Source: a virus. From it: a stretch of DNA of 11,566 nucleotides. The notes below the pieces were generated by a model that was not told the origin of the DNA, did not search any database, and was given only the letters and a program-made list of their open reading frames with translations. Below are positions 1 to 6,656 of this stretch, piece after piece (within the stretch, counting starts at the first letter, position 1; each line of letters opens with the position of its first letter). The stretch lies in the UHGV virus genome UHGV-1588268; one strand, given 5' to 3'. A program made the position numbers and the translations under genes.

Positions 1-61
1 ATTGAGTGGGAATGATTAACAGCTAACTCATAGCAACTCATTCCTATTCAGATACTAATTT

Positions 62-94
62 AACCCTCTGTTTTTACAGAGGGTTTTTGTTTTT
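62..94 (+). terminator. Rho-independent terminator-like hairpin
   Basis: Seen in sequence: 9-bp stem AACCCTCTG (62-70) / CAGAGGGTT (77-85), 6-nt loop, then a T-tract (84-94). Sits just upstream of the integrase gene. Confidence 0.5.
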
Positions 95-150
95 ATGTAT
101 TCATTTCTATTCACTCTACACCATATTTTTCGTCGGTACAGGTGACGGTA

Positions 151-165
151 TTACCTTAAAGGTAT
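151..165. promoter_or_regulatory. Operator-like palindrome TTACCT-taa-AGGTAt upstream of the integrase gene, nested inside the inverted repeat GACGGTAT (144-151) / ATACCGTC (171-178)
   Basis: Seen in sequence: one mismatch to the TTACCT-N3-AGGTAA motif found in the other promoter regions; overlaps a possible -10 element TATACT (163-168). Confidence 0.4.
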
Positions 166-207
166 ACTCTCATACCGTCATGAAAATGGTTTCTATACGG
201 GTGAATT

Positions 208-1458
208 GTGCTTACCGATACAAAATTAAAAAATCTCAAGCCGCAGGACAAACTGTACAAGGTCTCCGATCGTGACGGGCTGTATGTAGCTGTGCTTACG
301 TCAGGCACGGTCTCGTTTCGCTATGACTACCGTATCAACGGTCGCCGCGAAACACTGGTAATCGGGCAGTATGGGCGTGACGGTATCAGCCTGGCAGAAG
401 CGCGAGAAGAACTGATTGCTGCAAAGAAGCTGCTTAAAGCAGGCCAGTCACCGGCTGCGGCTAAACGTGACGGTATCAAAAAGATTCGTGGTGCCGAGAC
501 GTTTGCGGTACATACCGACAGTTATATGAAACACGTCATCCTGGCTGACAGTACCCGCGCAATGAAACAGGCGGTGATCGACCGTGACATACTTCCGGTT
601 CTTGGCAATAAAATGATGGCTGAAATTACCACATCAATGGTTCGTGATTTGTGTGACCGGATTGTCGAACGCGGTGGCCGGGCAACAGCAGTGCAGGCCA
701 GGGAGATCATCAGTAGCGTATACCGTCACGCCAATGACCGTGGTCATGGTTTGTTTAATCCTGCGGCTGACATTAAACCTTCGTCTATCGCCATATTTAA
801 ACCACGAGAGCGAACACTGACACCAGAAGAAATTGGCCTGTTCTTCCGCACGCTGGATGCCATTGGTGCTATGGGCACTATGAAAATGGCTTTAAAACTG
901 GTGCTTATCACTATGGTTCGTAAGGGCGAATTCACCAATGCAACGTGGGATGAAATAGATTTTAAAAAATGGACATGGACAATTCCTCCAGACCGCATGA
1001 AGGGAAGCCGGGCGCACGTTATTTACCTGCCCAAACAGGCACAGGATATATTGGTCGGGTTGCAGATGTGCGCTGGTGGAAGTGAATATCTGGTTCCTGG
1101 TCGTTACAATTTCCGGAAGCCATTATCTAATGCCGCGCTGAACTCTCTGATCGACAGAACGGTGAAAATAATAAATGAAGATGGTGAGCATATTCAGGAC
1201 TTCACTGTACATGATATGCGCCGTACAGCCAGTACGTTGTTGCATGAGGCTGGTTATCCTTCAGACTGGATTGAAAAGGCTCTGGCACATGAGCAGAAAG
1301 GTGTGCGCGCCGTATATAACAAAGCGGAATACGCCAGACAGCGCGCCTACATGTTGCAGCAGTGGGCCGATATGATTGATTCATGGATTGACGGGGAGCA
1401 TACGGATCTGATTCCGTTCTCCCCGTCGAAGTTTGAGAAGTGGATGGCGGGGGAATAA
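208..1458 (+). CDS. int: Tyrosine site-specific integrase, P4/CP4-57-like family
   Basis: 416-aa ORF with GTG start. N-terminus (LTDTKLKNLKPQDKLYKVSDRDGLYVAV...) matches the arm-binding domain typical of P4-family integrases; C-terminus carries H-x-x-R and a candidate catalytic Tyr (HDMRRTAS...VRAVYNKAEY). Family assignment from memory, not a search. Confidence 0.9.
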   Translation: MLTDTKLKNLKPQDKLYKVSDRDGLYVAVLTSGTVSFRYDYRINGRRETLVIGQYGRDGISLAEAREELIAAKKLLKAGQSPAAAKRDGIKKIRGAETFAVHTDSYMKHVILADSTRAMKQAVIDRDILPVLGNKMMAEITTSMVRDLCDRIVERGGRATAVQAREIISSVYRHANDRGHGLFNPAADIKPSSIAIFKPRERTLTPEEIGLFFRTLDAIGAMGTMKMALKLVLITMVRKGEFTNATWDEIDFKKWTWTIPPDRMKGSRAHVIYLPKQAQDILVGLQMCAGGSEYLVPGRYNFRKPLSNAALNSLIDRTVKIINEDGEHIQDFTVHDMRRTASTLLHEAGYPSDWIEKALAHEQKGVRAVYNKAEYARQRAYMLQQWADMIDSWIDGEHTDLIPFSPSKFEKWMAGE

Positions 1459-1461
1459 CGT

Positions 1462-1656
1462 TTAATAGTTCTGCTGATTTTCTTCCATCTCTGCTTCTGC
1501 TGCCAGTGATTCAATTTTGTTTTCGAATATTGCTGACAGTGTTGCAAATTCAGCATCAGTGACAGCGGGAATTGGAACAAACCTGATCCCGCTGTGTGCA
1601 AGCATGTTTGCAGTTTCAAGGCATTTTCTTAAATCTGCTGGTGATGCCCTGTTCAT
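1462..1656 (-). CDS. Hypothetical small acidic protein (64 aa)
   Basis: Start ATG overlaps the methyltransferase stop as ATGA (translational coupling); convergent with int. Sequence MNRASPADLRKCLETANMLAHSGIRFVPIPAVTDAEF...EAEMEENQQNY. No family recognised. Confidence 0.4.
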   Translation of the reverse strand: MNRASPADLRKCLETANMLAHSGIRFVPIPAVTDAEFATLSAIFENKIESLAAEAEMEENQQNY

Positions 1657-2303
1657 GCAGCACGCTCCCGCCCCTGGTTGTCTGTTGGTGACAGCGGAGC
1701 ATTGCTGAATGCATTTGTTAATCCGCCAATATCCAACGCGTATCCAGGGTGTAGTTGCACTGCCGGGTCTTCGCACTGATTACCCCAAACATCGAAGCCA
1801 TGAGACGTCTGGCGGGCGAACAGTTCAATGCGAGAAACATCGCCTAATAATTGCACAAGTTTTTCACGAACGATATCTGGCTTTCTTGAATGCTCAAGCC
1901 GCGGTGCGGTAAATGACTGAACGATCCCTGCATTAATGCGCGTAGGTAGTTTTCCCTTTACCGCAAACAGGCAATCTTCACTATTGGCGCGAGTCATGTG
2001 TCCCATACCCATAACCAGTTTATCTGGTTGTCGACTACCACATTTTATCCACGTGAAGCCCTTCATCGTCATCAGACGGAATCCCCAGGCTTCAACAACT
2101 TTTAGTGCTTCGAGTGGTTGTGTTGGCACCCACCACATGGCCAACAGACAGTTTTCATCGGCCAAATCCCACACAGGAAGGCGGCAGATATCCAGCACAC
2201 TCATAACCGGATATTTAAAACCGGCACCGCGATTACCATCTGCGGCTTTGTCCCGGTATACCCAGGGTGGATCTGCATAGATTAGTGTGTATTTCTTAGT
2301 CAT
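1653..2303 (-). CDS. MT-A70 family N6-adenine DNA methyltransferase (phage orphan methylase)
   Basis: 216-aa ORF. N-terminus MTKKYTLIYADPPWVY carries the DPPW catalytic motif of MT-A70-type adenine methyltransferases; WGF and FDVWGN motifs further downstream. Confidence 0.85.
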   Translation of the reverse strand: MTKKYTLIYADPPWVYRDKAADGNRGAGFKYPVMSVLDICRLPVWDLADENCLLAMWWVPTQPLEALKVVEAWGFRLMTMKGFTWIKCGSRQPDKLVMGMGHMTRANSEDCLFAVKGKLPTRINAGIVQSFTAPRLEHSRKPDIVREKLVQLLGDVSRIELFARQTSHGFDVWGNQCEDPAVQLHPGYALDIGGLTNAFSNAPLSPTDNQGRERAA

Positions 2304-2595
2304 AAACCACCCCGCAACATCCTATACCGCTATAGTCTCCACGGCGAAGGCCGTTACCTTTTGTGATACATTGGTCCCTGCGAACCGCGATCCTTGCACG
2401 CTCAACATCACCAGAAGCAACATCCATACACTGAAGCCAAAGGTGAGCGGCAATGCGGAACTGCCCTTTTTTCTCTCTTTCAATCGCGCGTTTTTCGATC
2501 TCTATCGCCGCAGGAGTAACGGCGACAATCTTTGACGGACTGCGCATTGAAACCTTATTCATGTGATATTTTTCAAGTCGGCTTAACTTTCTCAC
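2296..2595 (-). CDS. Hypothetical protein (99 aa; start uncertain)
   Basis: ORF overlaps the methyltransferase start by 8 nt. The GTG at 2595 overlaps the upstream stop as GTGA and has a GAGGG ribosome-binding site; internal ATGs are alternative starts. No family recognised. Confidence 0.45.
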   Translation of the reverse strand: MRKLSRLEKYHMNKVSMRSPSKIVAVTPAAIEIEKRAIEREKKGQFRIAAHLWLQCMDVASGDVERARIAVRRDQCITKGNGLRRGDYSGIGCCGVVYD

Positions 2596-2708
2596 TTAAT
2601 CCAACCCTCTCTGAAAATTAATGCCAGCAGATAAAGCCATGCTGAAACAGAGGCCAGGAATAAGTACCATCCTGACCATTTGATCCAGTGCCTTAGCAGC
2701 GCACTCAT
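2592..2708 (-). CDS. Putative small hydrophobic peptide (38 aa), candidate membrane protein
   Basis: Own translation: MSALLRHWIKWSGWYLFLASVSAWLYLLALIFREGWIK. ATG overlaps the alpA stop as ATGA. One predicted transmembrane helix. Below the cutoff of the supplied ORF track. Confidence 0.3.
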   Translation of the reverse strand: MSALLRHWIKWSGWYLFLASVSAWLYLLALIFREGWIK

Positions 2709-2953
2709 GCAGCGTTGCTCACGGGACGATATACACGTTGCTGAACAGGAGGTTTTTTACCCTGGAACTCTGCCGGGCTTGCTGCCTGACGTTCATCAAG
2801 CCAACGCTCAACTTCGTCACGGTTCCATGCGCAGCGTTTGTCAGTGATATACCAGCGTTTAGGAAATTCCCCTGCGCGCTCCATACGGTCGATAGTGCTC
2901 CATGACAGTGGCACCACCGCCAGGAGTTCCTTCTTACCTAATGCACCTTTCAT
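2705..2953 (-). CDS. alpA: AlpA/Xis-family DNA-binding protein (excisionase / prophage regulator)
   Basis: 82 aa; LSWSTIDRMERAGEFPKRWYITDKRCAWNRDEVERWL fits the AlpA/excisionase winged-helix pattern; AGAGAGG ribosome-binding site before the ATG. Confidence 0.8.
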   Translation of the reverse strand: MKGALGKKELLAVVPLSWSTIDRMERAGEFPKRWYITDKRCAWNRDEVERWLDERQAASPAEFQGKKPPVQQRVYRPVSNAA

Positions 2954-3002
2954 AAATACCTCTCTTGGTTGCAGTGCGGCGCGTGTGGCACCGCGGTGGT
3001 GG

Positions 3003-4025
3003 TTACTCGAATTCTGGACGTATATCGTTAAGCGTCATCATGAATTTTTGGTGATATTCATCACCGAGCTTTTCAGCCATGGTGTTAATCTCATTTTCAG
3101 CGCGCTTGAACATCGTTTTTGCATCTTCAGCAGATGGATCCAGGCTATTAAGTATCGCGATGATATATTCTCGAGCTTCTTCTCGTTCTGAATCTGAAAT
3201 TGGCGACAGGTGTTGACGCTCATCGTCAACTACGGAATATTCACCAGTGATAACAGCTGCGTTATCTTGGCTAAGTCCAGCTTCAGCGCGCTCATCCATA
3301 ACAACAGCCTTCTGCATTTCAATAGAAACAGGAAGATATTTGAATAGTCGGCGAATTACTGTTTTTTTAGCCATCTCATCGAAGTGATCAACCCATGGGC
3401 CACTGCTACCGGCTTTGCTCAGTGCACGAACTTTCTCAATGTCTGCCCGGCTCATAACTTCAAATTGGACTCCGCCATCTTTCAGTCGTGCAACGGCGTA
3501 AACGTGCGTTAATTCTCCGCGGTCACCTGTTTCGCAAGGTAAATGCTCGAGCGTTTCTTCCAGGCCGTATGAGTAGCTGAATTTGTCGTTTGTATGTACG
3601 GTACGAGCCGAGATACTCAGGATCTGCCCAGAGCGGCGGGCAAGGTCAATCATTCCGCGATAGCCGATAATCAGCTGTGCTTCTGTAGATACGGTTTCCC
3701 ATCTTCCATTTACTTTCTGGCGTTTGTCGAACGGTATCAGGTAAGCGTGTCCAAGAGCTCCGCCTGGTTCAAGACCCAATTGGGCACATTGCATAATTGC
3801 CCCCAGGAAGCTGGCTTGGTCGCATGATGCAAGTTTTGGAACCTTTCGGATCTCTGTGGTTGCTATGCGCGCCAGACGGTCTGCTGTCATGTGCTTTGGA
3901 AGTGCCAAAGCCATCTGAGCTTTAATTTTTGGGTCTGCCAGAAGTCCGGCCAGAGTTGTTGGTTTCTCATTATGATGTGCAACTTGGTTACCGGTAGCCG
4001 CTGCCTTAAGTGCATTGATAGACAT
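3003..4025 (-). CDS. recT: RecT-family single-strand annealing recombinase
   Basis: 340 aa. Long blocks match Rac RecT as I remember it (RIATTEIRKVP, QCAQLGLEPGGALGHAYLIPF, LIIGYRGMIDLARRSGQI, THVYAVARLKDGGVQFEVMSR, GPWVDHFDEMAKKTVIRRLFKYLPVSIEMQKAV). AAGGAG ribosome-binding site. Confidence 0.92.
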   Translation of the reverse strand: MSINALKAAATGNQVAHHNEKPTTLAGLLADPKIKAQMALALPKHMTADRLARIATTEIRKVPKLASCDQASFLGAIMQCAQLGLEPGGALGHAYLIPFDKRQKVNGRWETVSTEAQLIIGYRGMIDLARRSGQILSISARTVHTNDKFSYSYGLEETLEHLPCETGDRGELTHVYAVARLKDGGVQFEVMSRADIEKVRALSKAGSSGPWVDHFDEMAKKTVIRRLFKYLPVSIEMQKAVVMDERAEAGLSQDNAAVITGEYSVVDDERQHLSPISDSEREEAREYIIAILNSLDPSAEDAKTMFKRAENEINTMAEKLGDEYHQKFMMTLNDIRPEFE

Positions 4026-4034
4026 TTTTTCTCC

Positions 4035-4934
4035 TTACTTCATTCTGAAGACGCGTTGTGTCGTTGTTGTTTTGAATTTTTCGAATAACTCAGGGTGTAC
4101 TGACTGGAATAGCTTCTGGTCGAATCTGTTGCTGATCTGAGATTTCCATGTGCAGAGCGGCTTTCCGTCCAGGGTCAGGACTGAGTGCTCTTGCATGTAC
4201 ATCTTCAGCTTCTCTTCTGATATAGCTATTTCTTCTTCCAGTGATTTTCTGCGTGACTTCATGTCTCGTAGATCGTTGAATAGTGCGAGTGCCTTTCCGT
4301 CAGCCTCGATACTTGTCCCGGCATCTTTCTCAAACATCAGCGATACATCGCTTACGCTGGTAGCTTCCGGCGGGTTAAGATTTTTCACTCGGTCCCAGAA
4401 AGCGATTTCTTTTTCTAAGATCGCCTGGATAGTTTCTTCATCACGCTCAACCCGATAGATTCGGAAGTCGTCGCCACCGATAAGCACACCGAAAACGCAT
4501 ACCTGTTTGTTTGTAACCATCAACCCGTGCATGGCCTGGGCCGTGTAATGCACAGGAATTGCATCTGTCTGGATTTCTCCCCATTCTTTGGCTTTGAACG
4601 GACTAACTGTTTTGATCTCAATGTTCTCGCCTGACGCTGCTTCTGCATCGATCTCAGCTGCAATAAAATCGTAATCACGGTGGATATAGCGGTTTCCGCG
4701 ATGAACGATTTCCATCCCTGTTTCCTCAGAAAGCAGGTCTATTACGTATGGCTCCATACGCTGGCCACGCGTGAAAACTTTCTGCTTGCTTGGGTCTACT
4801 GGTTTGACACGTGGCTGGACCTTATCCAGATAAACCTCAAGCGGGGTGCGCCATGGGCTAATTCCAAGAATCCCTGCAACATCGCTTCCTCCGATGTATT
4901 TTGTTCTATCCATGATTCCAGCGTTCTGCATCAT
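4035..4934 (-). CDS. YqaJ/lambda-Exo-like recombination exonuclease (PD-(D/E)xK)
   Basis: 299 aa. N-terminal DRTKYIGGSDVAGILGISPWRTPLEVY is typical of YqaJ-type phage exonucleases; sits immediately upstream of recT, the usual exo-recT pairing. Start overlaps the upstream stop (ATGA). Confidence 0.85.
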   Translation of the reverse strand: MMQNAGIMDRTKYIGGSDVAGILGISPWRTPLEVYLDKVQPRVKPVDPSKQKVFTRGQRMEPYVIDLLSEETGMEIVHRGNRYIHRDYDFIAAEIDAEAASGENIEIKTVSPFKAKEWGEIQTDAIPVHYTAQAMHGLMVTNKQVCVFGVLIGGDDFRIYRVERDEETIQAILEKEIAFWDRVKNLNPPEATSVSDVSLMFEKDAGTSIEADGKALALFNDLRDMKSRRKSLEEEIAISEEKLKMYMQEHSVLTLDGKPLCTWKSQISNRFDQKLFQSVHPELFEKFKTTTTQRVFRMK

Positions 4935-5230
4935 GCCGCTTCCCTCTGCCCATCAATCCGATCCGCCAGATCCCAGCGGGCGATAATTGCCATTGCCTCG
5001 CGCCGGTAGGAATCTATCAGTTCTTCGAACTCAGGGCTGTCTTTAGCAGCCTCCAGCACTTCCTGACGAACGCCTTTGCCTGTTACAACGTCGAAAGTTG
5101 AGGACAGTTGATGAAGTCGGATGCTCTCAATCAGTTCAACTTGTCGGTCATATAGCTGTTCTGACAGGCGGTAGTCCTTGTCGAATGCCAGCATGATTTT
5201 TTGAAGATTTTTCTGCTGATTAACGTTCAT
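4931..5230 (-). CDS. Hypothetical early protein (99 aa) upstream of the exo-recT pair
   Basis: ORF with GGGAGGG ribosome-binding site 6 nt before the ATG at 5230 (MNVNQQKNLQK...). The track's longer version starts at 5245. Coupled to exo via ATGA. No family recognised. Confidence 0.55.
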   Translation of the reverse strand: MNVNQQKNLQKIMLAFDKDYRLSEQLYDRQVELIESIRLHQLSSTFDVVTGKGVRQEVLEAAKDSPEFEELIDSYRREAMAIIARWDLADRIDGQREAA

Positions 5231-5232
5231 TA

Positions 5233-5385
5233 TCAGCCCTCCCATATCTCGTTATCGTTGGCTACATCGCGAGCTTCTTTGCTGACGAAAGCCCACTTAA
5301 TGCCTTCCTGTAAGGTGCGGAACTTCCAGCTCATGAATCCGCATGCAGTAACGCAGTACCAACCGTTGATGATTTTCCACTGCAT
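5233..5385 (-). CDS. Putative small Trp/Cys-rich protein (50 aa), first ORF of the leftward early operon
   Basis: Own translation: MQWKIINGWYCVTACGFMSWKFRTLQEGIKWAFVSKEARDVANDNEIWEG. GAGG ribosome-binding site 9 nt upstream; lies directly downstream of the putative leftward promoter and operators. Confidence 0.35.
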   Translation of the reverse strand: MQWKIINGWYCVTACGFMSWKFRTLQEGIKWAFVSKEARDVANDNEIWEG

Positions 5386-5404
5386 AACTTGTTACCTCGG
5401 TCTG

Positions 5405-5481
5405 TTACCGTTGAGGTAATAATTATGCTTATTTGGTTTGGTGTCAATAGATATGAGTTAAAAAAATTACCCGTAAGGTAA
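5405..5481 (-). promoter_or_regulatory. Putative leftward early promoter with two operator palindromes
   Basis: Minus-strand -35 TTGACA (plus 5443-5448) and an A/T-rich -10 candidate (about 5418-5428), flanked by TTACCg-ttg-AGGTAA (5405-5419) and TTACCc-gta-AGGTAA (5467-5481). Confidence 0.45.
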
Positions 5482-5490
5482 TCTATCTGG

Positions 5491-5518
5491 CAATAAAAAA
5501 GCCGCCATGAGGCGGCTT
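5491..5518 (-). terminator. Rho-independent terminator downstream of the repressor gene
   Basis: 8-bp GC-rich stem AAGCCGCC (5499-5506) / GGCGGCTT (5511-5518), 4-nt loop; on the minus strand the hairpin is followed by a U-run (complement of 5491-5498). Confidence 0.7.
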
Positions 5519-5538
5519 ACTTACTGAAAAATATAGTT

Positions 5539-6123
5539 TTATTGTTTGCTTTTTTCGTTCTGGTTGATGACAAATTCAATGTAACTTTCGATCTTTGCTT
5601 TCTCGGTTTCGGGTAACAATGCGTAGCGTGAGCGGTCATAGTTGATAGTCGCAGGGTCGTGCGGGTGAATCAGTAGTTCATATCCGTGACGCCCGAATGC
5701 GGATGCAACATTCTCCAGGGTGGAAATGGAAACGCTGACCTCATTGTTTAACAGGCGGCTGATTGTCACCTGGGCGACGCCGGATGCGCGGTGAAGTTTT
5801 CCCTGTGTTGAAAGGTCGCGGCTTTCGCTCATCCAGCGTTCCAGATTGTGAGCCGCCAGCTGACCTATATCGCTCGGGCCGACAGGCTGAAAACCCTCCT
5901 GAGAAAGCGAACGATCAATATCAAGCCAGTTACGGGGTTTATTGGCGGCAGCTTCAATTTTTCGTGCAACCTGGTCGCCGATAACCTTCTTGCCAAGAGC
6001 CCAGCGGTTTACCAGATTTGCCTGAGTTCCAAGTTTTTCTGCCATCCGCGTCTGAACACCATTGAATTCACGGTCGATCAAGTCGTTGAGATTTTGCCTG
6101 CGGACGTCCTGGATACTTTTCAT
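5539..6123 (-). CDS. Phage repressor candidate: tandem HTH (XRE/Cro-C1 type) DNA-binding protein, no S24 peptidase domain recognised
   Basis: 194 aa. Two HTH-like segments (QTRMAEKLGTQANLVNRWALGKK and KLHRASGVAQVTISRLLNNEVSVSISTLENVA). Divergent from a Cro-like gene with operator palindromes between them. C-terminal 45 aa show no Ala-Gly/Ser-Lys autocleavage signature. Confidence 0.75.
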   Translation of the reverse strand: MKSIQDVRRQNLNDLIDREFNGVQTRMAEKLGTQANLVNRWALGKKVIGDQVARKIEAAANKPRNWLDIDRSLSQEGFQPVGPSDIGQLAAHNLERWMSESRDLSTQGKLHRASGVAQVTISRLLNNEVSVSISTLENVASAFGRHGYELLIHPHDPATINYDRSRYALLPETEKAKIESYIEFVINQNEKSKQ

Positions 6124-6178
6124 TTTCTGGAAAATCGCCTCATATATGAATCAGTAGATGATTCAATTTAAAGCAATA

Positions 6179-6241
6179 TTACCCAACAGGTAAATGCACC
6201 TCATAGGTAACTATCCTTGATTTTTGTTACCTTATGGGTGA
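6179..6241. promoter_or_regulatory. Divergent immunity-region control region with three operator-like sites
   Basis: Sites TTACCc-aac-AGGTAA (6179-6193), gcACCT-cat-AGGTAA (6196-6210), TTACCT-tat-gGGTgA (6227-6241); candidate rightward -35 TTGATT (6217-6222) and -10 GAATAT (6240-6245) overlap the sites. Confidence 0.5.
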
Positions 6242-6277
6242 ATATTTATTATCTGAAATAAATATCAGGCAATAGCT

Positions 6278-6508
6278 ATGAGCGATAACGGACATTTCGA
6301 TTTCAAAAAGCACTGGCTTGCACTTACTCCGGATGAGCGTGAAGCCTTCGCACAGGAAGCCGGAACGACGAGTCACTATATCCAGACTCACTTAACAGGC
6401 AAGCGCAAAATGCCAGGTAAGGTATTGATGAATGGGCTTTTTAAAGCCTGTAAAACAAGACAATGGCTGCGCTCAAAAGCAGAACTGGCATACTTCTTCT
6501 ACTCATGA
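6278..6508 (+). CDS. Cro/YdaS-like small HTH regulator
   Basis: 76 aa, divergent from the repressor; EAFAQEAGTTSHYIQTHLTGKRKMP resembles the HTH and Gly-Lys-Arg turn of Cro/YdaS-family proteins. Confidence 0.65.
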   Translation: MSDNGHFDFKKHWLALTPDEREAFAQEAGTTSHYIQTHLTGKRKMPGKVLMNGLFKACKTRQWLRSKAELAYFFYS

Positions 6509-6530
6509 TATCCAGCTACAACCCTCTGTA

Positions 6531-6555
6531 GACCGCCACCCGGCGGTCTTTTCAT
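6531..6555 (+). terminator. Rho-independent terminator-like hairpin downstream of the cro-like gene
   Basis: Stem GACCGCC (6531-6537) / GGCGGTC (6542-6548), loop ACCC, then TTTTCAT. Short T-tract, so moderate confidence. Confidence 0.5.
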
Positions 6556-6563
6556 ATCTATTC

Positions 6564-6578
6564 GTACCTCAAAGGTAA
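6564..6578. promoter_or_regulatory. Operator palindrome gTACCT-caa-AGGTAA between the cro terminator and the replication genes
   Basis: Seen in sequence; same motif family as the immunity-region sites. TTGATCAA (6592-6599) just downstream could be a -35 element. Confidence 0.45.
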
Positions 6579-6656
6579 TAAAAAACCAAATCTGGTTGAT
6601 CAAATTTTCCAATTGTGCAAAATAGCCAATATCAATAACAAAAAGGGGCGGAAAAA

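Noticed and set aside
1-60. Possible tRNA or tmRNA 3' end / att core at the window start
   Set aside because: No T-arm-like GGTTCGAATCC or CCA-terminal acceptor stem could be recognised; P4-family integrases often sit beside tRNA genes, but this window gives no direct evidence.
87-275. 62-aa plus-strand ORF overlapping the integrase start
   Set aside because: Out of frame with, and overlapping, the well-supported integrase gene; no ribosome-binding site; looks like a shadow ORF.
1462-1776. Extended 104-aa version of the small ORF downstream of the methylase
   Set aside because: The upstream 40 codons lie entirely inside the methylase reading frame; the internal ATG at 1656 overlapping the methylase stop (ATGA) is the more parsimonious start.
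2989-2998. Perfect 10-bp palindrome CACCGCGGTG between recT and alpA
   Set aside because: Single occurrence, short and GC-rich, no T-tract; not enough to call a terminator or binding site.
2838-4458. Plus-strand ORFs (2838-3191, 3594-3827, 3891-4088, 4150-4458) inside alpA, recT and exo
   Set aside because: They lie antisense to genes with strong family-level matches and have no ribosome-binding sites or recognisable motifs.
4931-5385. Search for a lambda-N-like antiterminator and nut (boxA/boxB) sites in the leftward operon leader
   Set aside because: No Arg-rich N-terminal motif in the first ORFs and no CGCTCTTA-like boxA found by eye; antitermination, if present, uses a different system.
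62-6529. Shared 10-mer AACCCTCTGT at 62-71 and 6520-6529
   Set aside because: An exact 10-mer shared by two positions in an 11.6-kb window is expected many times by chance (my estimate, tens of pairs), so it does not indicate a repeat element or att site.
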